Positions 50,690 to 61,895 of a stretch of DNA of 64,000 nt are shown one piece after another (position 1 is the stretch's first letter; the number at the start of each line of letters is the position of its first letter). The notes beneath the pieces are model-generated. The model saw only the letters and a list, made by a program, of their open reading frames with translations, did not search any database and was not told the DNA's origin. Origin of the DNA: Narcine bancroftii. Taxonomy: Eukaryota. Where the stretch lies: contig NC_091469.1 of assembly GCF_036971445.1 (NCBI RefSeq), forward strand, positions 379,068,001-379,132,000, read 5' to 3'. Both the position numbers and the translations under genes were made by a program.

Positions 50690-53215
50690 TCACCTGAGCC
50701 CCCTTGCGTTTCTCCAGAAACCCAGAGTCCTGGCCCCCTTGAGGTGGTGGACTCTCAGTTCCGGCAGGTGCCAGGTCCCTGATCGAGACAGTGTCCTCCC
50801 TGCCATCTGGGAATGCCACATAGGCATAAGTGGGGTTGGCATGGAATAGGTGCACCTTCTCGACCAGGGGGTCGGATTTGCTCCTCCTTGTGTGCTTTCG
50901 GAGCAGCACTGGGCCTGGTGCCGTAAGCCAAGCCGGGAGGGTTGTCCCTGATGTTGACTTTCTCTCAAAAGAAAACAACAGCTCGTGAGGTCACATTGGT
51001 CGCAGTACAAAGTAGCAACCTAATGGAGTGGAGCACCATGGGTAGGACGTCCTGTCAGCGCGAGTCTGGAAGTCCTTTGGACCGGGGGGCCAATTTTATG
51101 GCCTTCCAAACCACACTGTTCTCTTTCTAATCCTGTCTGTTCCCTCAGGGGTTATAACTAGTCGTCCTGCTGGATGCGATGCCTCTCACCAGCAGAAATT
51201 GGTGTAGCTCTTCACTCATAAATGATAAGCCCTGGTCACTATGGATATAGCCAGGATAACCGAACAGATAGAGTCTAGGCCCTAGTAACGGACAGCGTGG
51301 ATGTGTCTGGGCAGGGAATGGTGAATGGGAAAAGAGAGTACTCATCAGTGATAGTGAGAAAGTTCCCGTTTCCATTCGTGGAGGAGAGGGGTCCCTTGAA
51401 ATCGACACTGAGCCATTTGAAGGGCCTGGATGCCTTTATCAGGTGCGCCTTTCTGGGACAGTAGAAGTGCGGCTTGCATTCCATGAGACCTGGCATGACC
51501 TGGTCATTTCCCTGACATCCTCAATCGAGTAGGGTAAATTGAGTGCCTTGACAAAATGAGCCATGTAAGTGACGGTAAGATGGTAGAGCTCATTGTACAG
51601 TGACCGCAACTGGCCGATGTGTGCAGAGGCACAGCTTTCTCTGGACAGGGTATCTGGAGGCTCATTGAGGGAAACAGGTTGATCCTACGCCTAGCAATTT
51701 TGTCATTTTTAATTTTGGCTTGCTTTGTGTTGTTGAACGTGAAAGTCACCGATCTCTGGTCTGTGAGGAGCATGAATTTCCGACCTACCAGGTAGTGCCT
51801 CCAGTGCCTGATGGCCTCTACAGTGGCTTGTTCCTCTTTCGCCACTGATGAATTCTAAAGCTTGTGGCCTTGTAAGGCCCTGGAAAAAAATGCAATCGGC
51901 CTACCTGCTTGATTAAGGTTTGTAGCCAGTGCTACGTCTGAAGTGTCACTTTCCACCTGGAAAGGTACATTTTCGTCCACCATGTGCATGGTGGCCTTTA
52001 CAATGTGGCATCTGATGTAGTTGAAAGCTCTTTGAGCTTTGGCTGTTAGAGGAAAAGAAGTGGTTTTTTTTGAAGGGGACGGACCTTGTCGGCATATTGA
52101 GGGACCCATTGGGTGTAATATGAGAAGAAGCCCAGGCACCTCCTCAAAGCGTTCATGGTCTTCGGGATCGGGAGTTCCAACAGGGGGCGCATCCTGTCAG
52201 GGTCGGGGCCAATGATGCCATTCTCCACCATGTAGCCCAAGATGGTTAGGGATCTTCCCTGAACACTCACTTACTGGTGTTGTAAGTGAGGGTTCCGGTC
52301 CTTAGCTGGGTGAAGAAAATTCTGGACATTGGCATCATGGTCCTCCAGAGTGTGGCCACAAATAGTAAGGTATGTTGAGGTATGGGAAGGTGGCTTTCAA
52401 TTTAAATTCATCTACCATTCAGTCCATCTGTGTCTGGAAGATTGAGACCTCATTCGTGATACTAAATAGGGCCCATCAGAACTGATAGAGTTTCCCATTA
52501 ACCTCAAAAGGGGTGTAGGGACGGTCCTCAGAATGGATTGGCAACTGGTGGTCGATGGTCGAATAGACCTTGTTCTCCGCAATTTTGTTCACTATTTCCA
52601 AAATGTGAGGGAGGGGGTATGCGTCCAGGAATGTAAAGCGATTAATAGTTTGGCTATAGTCGATTACTAGCCTAGACTTTTCTTCCCCTTTTACGACAAC
52701 CACCTGTGCTCTCCATGGGCTGGTATTGTGCTCAATAATGTTCTCATCAAGCAGTCGCTGTGTCTCAGCCTTGATGAATTCCTGGTCCTCTGTGCTGTAG
52801 CGCCTGCTTTTCATAGCAATTGGTTTGCAATCAGTGCTCAGATTTGGGAACAGAGGAGGTGAATCTATATTCAGTGTGGAGAGACAGCAAATGGCATCAG
52901 AAATTTGAGACGTTCCATTCAGAACCGTAATGGGAGGGAGAGGTCCAGAATACTCCAGGGTCACGTTTTTAAAGTGACACAAGAAATCAAGGCCAAGCAA
53001 AACCGGAGCACATAAATTCTTAAGTACATACAGTTTGAACTTACAGAATTCTCCCTCCTGTAAAGATAGATGAACCACACAATGTTCTTGAATATGATAA
53101 TTAGCGGGATACACTTTGAGATTGAGATTTTGGACTGTCTCTGTGTATATGAAGCTCTCAGTCAAGCAGAGTCAATTAAGCATTTCAGTTTATGCCCGTT
53201 AACCCACACCTTTGA
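50690..53215 (-). pseudogene. pol: Gypsy pol (protease, RT, RNase H, integrase)
   Basis: PR CLIDS and VLLGLDF; RT SPWRAQVVVV, RLVIDYSQTINRFTFLDAYPLP; RH VESDTSD, LLTDQRS; IN SVDFKGPL, YIHSDQG, SRTTSYNP, C-terminal DTVSIRDLAP. Confidence 0.93.
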
Positions 53216-53639
53216 GGTGGGATTGTTCAGTTGGTGTGGTATCTCCTGGTCCAACACCATCGCTGCCAAGACTCAGGAGACACCGTTGTTCCCCTCGCTG
53301 GAGTCGGTCACCCCATTTGGATTCTTGTGCAGGCAAGATGGCGGGGGCCACGAAGCGTGGCAAGATGACTGCCCTCCTCTTTCTCCTTCCACTGTTGTAG
53401 ATGGCGCGGAATTTGAATGCCGGCAAGATGGCAGAGATCACTAGGTGCAGCCAGATGGCCACACTCCCTCCTCATTGGTTGAAGGTGGTGCCGGTTTCAA
53501 CATGTGGCAGGATGGCTGCCGGGTTTTCCCACATCACTGCTCTCACCATGTGGCCCTGCAGGAAGGCTATGGCTTACAACACTGGCACTGGGAGGCCGGA
53601 GGGTTGGGTTTCGGGCTCACCTCAGTCGGCCTATCAGGG

Positions 53640-54380
53640 GTTGTGCACGCGTTGAACCTCTCAGCCCTCCCCTTCACCCTGCAGACTTTTACCCAGTGCC
53701 CCTTCTTACCACAACCGGAACAGATGGAATCTTTAGCTGGACATCAAGTTCTTGGGTTCTGATGCCGACTGCTCAAGAAGCATCCCTTAGCGCCCAAGGC
53801 CGCTGCCGTCAGAACCAATGCAGTGTGTGGTGTCGCTCTGGGACCATGTCCTTATGAAGGGTGCTGCCGCCTTCCAAATTGACAGCCCCCAGCTGGACCT
53901 TCTCCAGTGACCTGGCCGTGCTGCCTTTCTCCAGCAACCACTGCCAAATATATTTGGACTGCACCCCAGTGACCAGAGTATCTTGGATCTGCTCATCCTC
54001 CCGTTCTTGGACCGTGCCATCCTCATACCTGCAGTTCCTCGTGAGTGCTTGTGGAATGAGGACCTAGTCCTCAATGGACTCAGCAGGCGCTGCTTCCACT
54101 AAGAGAGTTGATGCCTCGCTAGGATGACATTTTGGGGCCTCATGTAGCGGGCCTTCAGCTTCTCAACAGCCGCTGCATAAATCGTACAGTCCCAGATCGG
54201 GAATCCTTTAAGTCTGACGTGAGAGAGGAGCGCTGACCTCTTGAGCTCATCCATTGGTTAGACCTTTTGCATGGCTGACAGGTACATTTGGAAGCATTCC
54301 AGCCAGTACGTGAACTCTTCCGGGGCCTCCGGGAACAGGGGGTTGATGAGGAGCATTGCAGGCTTCAACAGTGCTTCCAT
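53640..54380 (-). pseudogene. gag: Gypsy gag with CCHC zinc knuckle
   Basis: ATG at 54380 (MEALLKPAMLLINPLFPEAPEEFTYWLECF); CSGCGKKGHWVKVC at 53681-53722; stops and frameshifts. Confidence 0.85.
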
Positions 54381-55184
54381 CCTGTTCTTTATTGAATGAA
54401 ATTGTAGTGCGACAGAGAGCACTCAAGTCCAGAGAGAGTACAATAAGAATGGCACACGTGGTCTGTGGACTGAACTGGGGTTTTGGCGGGGGTCCAGCAT
54501 TTAATATCAGGATATGCAGGGGAGGGGTGAGGTCAGAGTCGGAGCCATTCCTTAGAGCATTGCCCCAGTAGTGAATTCCCAGTTCACTTCAGTCACTCTT
54601 TTTAGGAGTCTCTGAAAGTACTCTGTTTTGCTTCTCTTTCTTTTCTTGGTACTGGGCAGGATGAGTGGTGTCTCTGTGCGATTTTAGGGGCAAACAAAAG
54701 TAAACTAATTATGTACATGAACCTGAACCAGATTCCTGAATGAAAACTCCAAAATAGTAAAATTATGTTGTCTGTGTTCCATACCAACTGATCTCTCTGT
54801 AACTCTGCACTCTTGTGCGTCTTACTTGTATTATGTATGAGGTATCTAATTGTCTGCTCTCAATCAACCTCTATTACTGCATCTTGGAACATGTGACAAG
54901 ATACTTGTGTTCAACATCTCCAAAGTTGAGGCTGCGTGCCTGACACCAGACTCCAAAGCAGGCATACTATTCAGAACTCTTGGTGGTGGTGGGTGGGGGG
55001 GGGGGGGGGGGGTGGGGGGGAAGAGATGATTAGACAAAGAAAAATAATTAAGAATGTTTCAGAAATTTTCTTGAAAACATATGTCCTCCCACTAACACCT
55101 TGGGGGTTTCTGACCATGACTATTTCAAAGTGGAAGAGTGTTCAAGATGGTAATGAGAAGCTTGTCTCCACATTGACCTCAGCA

Positions 55185-55378
55185 ACTTGGGTTCGAACCC
55201 TGTGCTGTCTGTAAGAAGTTTATACCTTCTCCCCAAGTCTCATGAGGTTTCCTCCAGGCACTCCGGTTTCCTCCCACCCTTCAAAATGTACTGGGGTTAT
55301 TGATTAATTTGGTGTAATTGGGGGGGGATGGGCTCGTGGGCCAGAAAGGCCTGTTATCATGATGTATGTCTAAATAAA
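55185..55378 (+). mobile_element. V-SINE (HE1-like)
   Basis: B-box gggttcgaaccc; V-domain ggtttcctccaggcactccggtttcctcccac. Confidence 0.75.
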
Positions 55379-56916
55379 AAAACAAAGAAAGAAAGATAGT
55401 TAGAACTATCTCATCACCCACAGAACTGCAGTAGAAGCAAATCATCCATGATCCTCAATGGCTACATACAAAGATCTTTGGATCTGTTATTTTCCTCTGC
55501 ACTTGACTAATCTGATATATTTTCAATATTATAATTGCATTTATCTACTAGGTCATCTCATCATCCAATATCATATTCACCTCTTCTTTGTAAACACCAA
55601 AGTAAACTATTTATCACCCACAAGGCTGTTTTTACGGACTGTCCCAAGCATTAAAAGAAAGGTGATTTTGCATTAGTCTACCTTCTTCACAACCTCAGGA
55701 GAACCCACAAGTGAGGTGCTTTTGAAGTGCACTCGTTATTGAATGCTGCAAGCTATGTGTCCTACTAATTTGGCAGCCAGTCGAAAAGATAAGTGCTAGA
55801 AATGTAACAATAGCCTCAAGGATGTGGTCAGAAGGAGCTGAATTGAAATATAAAATGACTTCGACCAATAGTGACATATGCCTACAAAATTAAGCAAGTA
55901 TGCTAAACATGGTGGCTCGTAATAGGAGTTCGGTTGCTTTAGTTTCATTTAGGGGAATTTGTACAGGTAGTTGGCCCATCTTTGAGAGCACTGACTTAAG
56001 GTAATGCCTTCAGTGTAGACAAAATACTGTACTTTGTACAGTGTATACACTGATGTCATAAGTATAGGTGATCATACTTGCTAGTTTTTTGAATTTGATG
56101 TTTGCAATGTAAGCTATTGAGTGTGTTATTTTCATATTGATCCCATCAAGAACCAAAAGTGGTTCAGTGAAAGATTGTGCTGACTTCCAGTAATTTACCT
56201 CTGACCTCAATTCTCACGACAGTTCTTTTGTACCTACCTAAGCCAGCACATATTAGGCACACAGGTGCACCCACATTTGCAAAGACATATGTCCATGCAC
56301 AAACAGCCACATTCACAAAGATGTACACAAAAAAGGAAAGGCCACAAATAAATATCCTCATACACTCACACGTGCACAACTATGCGTACACAAAAACACA
56401 AGACATGCAAATATTCTTGCACGCACGTGCATGCATATTTTTGGATATGCTTGCTTGCAGACACACAACACAGACACATCCTGAGTTCAGGAACACAAGC
56501 AGGAGGTGAATGCTCATTGCCTCCCCCTTGACTCCTCCATTGCCACCAACTTTCCCCTTGGTCACCCTCATGGTCAGGAGAATGGCACTGGAGAATTAAT
56601 AACAGGAATAAATGGATATAGTGAAAACACAGAAAGGCTGGATGAATTCAGCAGGTCTCACAGCAACCATAGAAGACACAGATATATCAACGTTTTGGGC
56701 CTGAGCCCTTCCTCAAATTATGAGCAAAAAGCAGGAATGCACCTGAATAAAAAGACTGGGGGAGAAGGGAGAAAGGGGCAAGAGGAGGAGTGCAGGCCAA
56801 CAGACAAAATTTTACTTTTTTTTGTAAATTTAGTCAAACAGGAGAGTAACAGACCCTTCAGGTGCACAAGCCCTTGCTGCCCAATTACACCCAATTCACC
56901 TACAACCCCTATACAT

Positions 56917-57920
56917 TTTTGAAAGGTGAGAGGAAACTGGAACTCCCTGAGGAAACCACGCAGACATGGGAAGAACATGCAAACTCTCTACAGACAGCGC
57001 AGGATCTGAATCCAGGTCACTGGCACTGTAACAGCGTTTTGCAAGCTGCTATGCTAACCATGCTGCCCTGAGGTGATGAATTGGACATGGGTAGGAGGAC
57101 AGGAGAGGAAAGATGAGAATTGATCAGGGGTAGGGGTGGCTCTGTAAATGCAAGAGGGAGGGAGACAGCTAGAGGAAACAGGAAGGGGAGCGATTAGCTG
57201 GGGTGGGGGTTGCCTGACGGAAATCAGAGAAGTCAATGTCGATGCTATTTGGTTGAAGGGTGAAACGAATAAGTTTGTTGTAATCCACCAAAATTCTTTG
57301 AATTCTGGGGAGGTCCCAGAGGATTGAAAAACGGCCTCTCCTCAAGAAAGGTAGGAGACAGAAAGCAGGAAACTGGATCAGTTAGCCTCACATCTGTCAT
57401 TGGGAAGTTGCTGGAATCTTTTGAAAGGTGAGAGGAAACTGGAACTCCCTGAGGAAACCACGCAGACATGGGAAGAACATGCAAACTCTCTACAGACAGC
57501 GCAGGATCTGAATCCAGGTCACTGGCACTGTAACAGCGTTTTGCAAGCTGCTATGCTAACCATGCTGCCCTGAGGTGATGAATTGGACATGGGTAGGAGG
57601 ACAGGAGAGGAAAGATGAGAATTGATCAGGGGTAGGGGTGGCTCTGTAAATGCAAGAGGGAGGGAGACAGCTAGAGGAAACAGGAAGGGGAGCGATTAGC
57701 TGGGGTGGGGGTTGCCTGACGGAAATCAGAGAAGTCAATGTCGATGCTATTTGGTTGAAGGGTGAAACGAATAAGTTTGTTGTAATCCACCAAAATTCTT
57801 TGAATTCTGGGGAGGTCCCAGAGGATTGAAAAACGGCCTCTCCTCAAGAAAGGTAGGAGACAGAAAGCAGGAAACTGGATCAGTTAGCCTCACATCTGTC
57901 ATTGGGAAGTTGCTGGAATC
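56917..57920. repeat. Tandem duplication, 2 x 502 bp, no differences seen by eye
   Basis: 56917-57418 repeats at 57419-57920. Identical ORFs 57054-57236 and 57556-57738 at offset 502. The unit contains SINE, Penelope and CR1 pieces. Confidence 0.95.
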
Positions 57921-59184
57921 TATTATTGAGGAAGCAATAGCAGATCATTTGTAAAATCATAAGGTTTGAGGAAAGGGAAACTGACAAATTTTCTAAAGTT
58001 ATTTGAGAATGTAACAAACCTTGTGGTTTGGTTTGTGTGGGTATATACTCTGATCGATCATGTACATCCTCTTCTCCCTTCACTCATCACACAATTCCTT
58101 GTTGGAATCCGCCCACTCCCGATTTTTCCTGCAACTGATCTTCCCCAGCTGCAGGCCACTATTCCTGTCAACCAGCACAGGCTCCTGAACTTTTCACACT
58201 AAGCCTCAGAAAAAAAACCTGCTCTCCCAGTGCTGTCTGTGGTCAGTGCCAGGCACAAAGACCCGTCCAATTATCACCACCGCCTGCTCCTAACATCCAC
58301 TACAACCACTGGTCCGTGTTTCCCACAGCCCCTACACTCACCAGATTGTGCCTCCTACAGCCCCTACACCCACCGGTCTGCATCTCCCACAGCCTCTACC
58401 CCCCACTTGACAATAGACTCCCAAATCGATATTCAGACTGGAAAAGATCAACTTTATCAAATCTTTTGCAAAGGCAACTGAGTGAGGAGACAATGATAAC
58501 TCATCTGAATTTTCAAAAAACTTTCGATAAGCCACTTGTTAGTAGACCAATGACTCAGTTCAGAGAAAGTGGAGGCAGGGGCAGATAATTGCTACCTGGC
58601 TTCAAGATTGAAAGCAGTGAGTGGCAGAAGGTGGGAAGTGGTTATTCTGCAGGAATCAGTGCTGGGGACAATACTGTTCATGATTCACATGGACAAGTTG
58701 GAATCAGGACACTTTCCAACTTTGTAGATGAATTAATGGGGTGGGTGGGGCAGGGGCATAATCAATAAGGAGGATGGGGCCAAATAATCAGAGGAGAATG
58801 ATTGGCTATAGAATTGACAAACAGTAATCAGGTGAAGTTCAGTCAATAAATGCCAACTGGTCCATTTTTCTAAAGAAGAGGGGTGTCACATGACTTGGAA
58901 GGTGTGTCGAGGAGGGCAATAGAAATTAAAAGACTTCAGTACAAATGTACCAGCAGCTGAAAGTAGTGCCACAGGTTAACAAGATCATAAGAAAGCAAAC
59001 CAAGTCTGAATTGAAAGGTGGGGAAGTTATGCTGAACAACAAACAAAAAAAACATACTTGGAAATCCCAAGTTAAAAAAAATGAGTCAGTGTTCCAATCA
59101 GTCAGGCAGTGACTGGAAAGGGAGATATGGACTTGAACAGACCTGAAATGCTAATTCTGGTTATCTCTCTATTACTGCCACCTG

Positions 59185-59704
59185 ACCCTGGCAAGTTTTC
59201 TACAAATGTGTGGTGGAAAGAGTGCGGACCGGCTGCCTCACAGGACACCAATGCCTTGGAGTGTAAAGCCCTGCAAAAGGTAGTAGACATAGCCCAGGAC
59301 ATCACAGGCAAAAGCCTCCCAACAATCCAGAACATCTACAGGCCGTTAGAGAGCAATTGTCCAAGATCCACACCACTCAGCGCACGCTCTGTTCTGGTGG
59401 CTGCCATCAGGAAAGAGGTACAAGGGCCTTAAGACTCACATCATCAGGTTCAGGAGCAGGCTGCTTCCCCTCAACCACAAACTCAATCAGAGACTCATTT
59501 GAGGACTTCTATTTTCGCACTTTGTGCAACGCAGAGAGAATAAAAAAATAATCAGTTTATTAACATTTCTTTACCTGTTTACATTTCTTTATTTGTTTAC
59601 ATGTGTACATTGTGTATAGTTTTATTTGTTTGTATTACTAATAAGTGGTAATTCTGCCTCACCTGCAGGAAAAAGAATCTCAAGATTGTATGTGATGTCA
59701 TGTA
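59185..59704 (+). mobile_element. Rex1/Babar-like LINE 3' fragment
   Basis: KALQKVVDIAQDITGKSLPTIQNIY; 3' UTR matches 42230-42425. Confidence 0.8.
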
Positions 59705-59836
59705 TCTTTCTTTGGCTTGGCTTCGCGGACGAAGATTTATGGAGGGGGTAAAAAGTCCACGTCAGCTGCAGGCTCGTTTGTGGCTGACAAGTCCGATGCG
59801 GGACAGGCAGACACGATTGCAGCGGTTGCAAGGGAA
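59705..59836 (-). mobile_element. RTE 3' fragment (~130 bp)
   Basis: Near-identical to the other three RTE 3' ends. Confidence 0.9.
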
Positions 59837-60600
59837 TTCTTTGAGCCCAATTTATGCAACCCTTCTGGTAAATATCATCAATAGAGGAAAGTGAGACCCT
59901 GTGATCTTCTCGGCCGTCTTGACGATCTTCTGCATTGACTTCTGGTCTGATGCTTAACAGCTACCATACCACACAATGATGCAGCCAGTCAGGAAACTAA
60001 ATTCTGCTCCTGCAAAAAGTTATCAAGATGGGTGCTGGGAGCTTTGTCCTCCTCACCTCCTTAGAAAGTGTAGGCAATCCGGCTCCTTCCTGACTAATGA
60101 AGGGTTCTGGGTCAAGAATATGTCGTCCTTTATATGCAAAAAACCTTGTGCTCTCCACTCTCACCATGACAGAACTATTGATGAAAATTGATTAACCTTT
60201 GTTCTCCTAAAGTCCACAATCATCTCATTTGTCTCGTCTACATTGAGACTTAAGTTGTTCTCACACGATTTTACAAACTCACTAAAACTCATCTTTTTTG
60301 CCAATGAGGCCAAACTACTGTTGTATCATCCACAAAGTTGACGATCCTGTTGGAACTGAATCTGGTAATGCAGTCATGAGTCAACAGCGTGAACAGTAGC
60401 AGGCTGAGCACATAGCCCTAAGGTGGCCCAGCTTGAGGCTTTGCCACCAACCTGGACGGACTGTGGTCTTTCAGTCAAGAAGTCCAGAATCCAGTTGCAG
60501 AGAGGAGTGTTGAGCCCCTGCAAGGACACCAGCCTCTGAGATATAATTGTGTTGAATGCTGAGCTGAAGTCAATGTAGAACCTGGTGTATGAGACACCAT
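59837..60600 (-). mobile_element. Rex1/Babar-like LINE RT fragment
   Basis: YIDFSSAFNTI...LCNWILDFLTERPQSV (60374-60787) and FVDDTTVVW on the minus strand. Confidence 0.8.
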
Positions 60601-61434
60601 TTGAAGGTATTCTAGACTTGCTCTGAATGCTAGTTAGAATGCTCTTGAAGTACAGTGTATTGTCACTTGTTAAAAATACATGGAGGCACTTGAGACAATA
60701 GACTTGAAGAACTGTAATGATACACTTATCAGGAAAGTATGAACAGTCTGGGTTTCTTTGAGAAAAGAAGGCTGGGACCTTTGCCACAACTGAGAAGGAG
60801 AGAGAAGAAGAGAGAAGAAAGAAGTACCTTGTTAAGCAGTAGGTGGGACGGACTGGGGAAGGAGAGAGGTAACCAAGAGGATAAGAGATAAGCGAAGTTA
60901 TCTGGTCAATGTTGAATGGAATCAGTCCGAGAATGAACTAAAGAATGTGGGATTTGTGAAAAGCAGAGCAGAATGGGCTTGTTCTTTGCTTCCAGAAGGA
61001 GGTGTTTCGAGGTTTGTTGGGTTTTGAGGGAGGGGAAGGGAGTGATGGGAAGCAGGTGGAGCTAACATCACAGATGGGCAACAAATACTGAAGTTACCTG
61101 AAGTAAGTTGACCTGCCTCCAGGGGTGATAATATTTTCTGGTTCCACAGGAATGTCCAAACTTTTTCAAACCCACCCAACAATATAATATTATGCTGGCT
61201 TGTGCAGTGTGAGGTTCAGAGATTATAAATTAAAATCAGAACTCATGATTTTCAAACCAATGGGTTTCATAGTTCAACTGTAGATGTTTTGTGATACAAC
61301 TTTGTTTCTTTCATTGATTTGCTACAAAATGGGTTACTTTTGTTCCTGATATAGTAAATGATTCTGTAATGGCCTTGCAAATGAGGTAGGTAGCTGCAAT
61401 CCACAGTGGAACATGACATCTGTCAGTCATAGAC

Positions 61435-61620
61435 ATACATATAGCATGATACAGGCCCTTTCGGCCCATGAGCCTTTGCCGCCCAATTACATCCAGTCAA
61501 CCTACAACCCCCCAGTACATTTTTAAGGGTGGGAGGAAACCAAAGCACTTGGGGGAAACCCATACAGACACAGGGAGCACTGGATTTGAACCCCGATCGC
61601 TGGTGCTGTAACAGTGTTCT
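61435..61620 (-). mobile_element. V-SINE (HE1-like), reverse
   Basis: gggtgggaggaaaccaaagcacttgggggaaacccatac is the reverse complement of the V-domain. Confidence 0.65.
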
Positions 61621-61659
61621 TCGAAGCCAGTGTATGGAAGAGTTTAAATATAGAGGGAT

Positions 61660-61895
61660 TTCTACAGGAATTTCCTGTCAGCCTTGTGTTTCTCCCTCTT
61701 ATCCTCCCCCTTCCTATCCCCTACTCCCCCACCTCTTTATTCAGGCATTTGCACAATATTTGACACTCCTGAAGAAGGTCCGAAACGTTGACTGTCTTTT
61801 ATCATATATAAAAGTTGCTGGTGAATCGCTGTATTTCTCCAGCACTTTTGTGTACACTGCACCAGACCACAGTGCCTGCAGATTTCTTGTTTATT
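61660..61895 (+). mobile_element. Penelope-derived terminal repeat with hammerhead-core-like CTGAAGA...GAAAC
   Basis: ctgaaga-aggtcc-gaaac at 61769-61786, then tttctccagcacttttgtg as in other copies. Confidence 0.55.

Larger units (their letters stand above)
50272..54591 (-). mobile_element. Full-length decayed Ty3/Gypsy LTR retrotransposon (Mag-like), 4.3 kb
   Basis: LTRs 54403-54591 (5') and 50272-50471 (3') with TG...CA ends; TSD gacac / gtcac; PPT remnant GGGGTGAA (50472-50479); domain order gag-PR-RT-RH-IN. The Mag-like assignment is inferred from the Gag style. Confidence 0.95.

Noticed and set aside
56230-56480. ORFs and purine-pyrimidine alternating tract
   Set aside because: Degenerate (CA)n-like low-complexity sequence.
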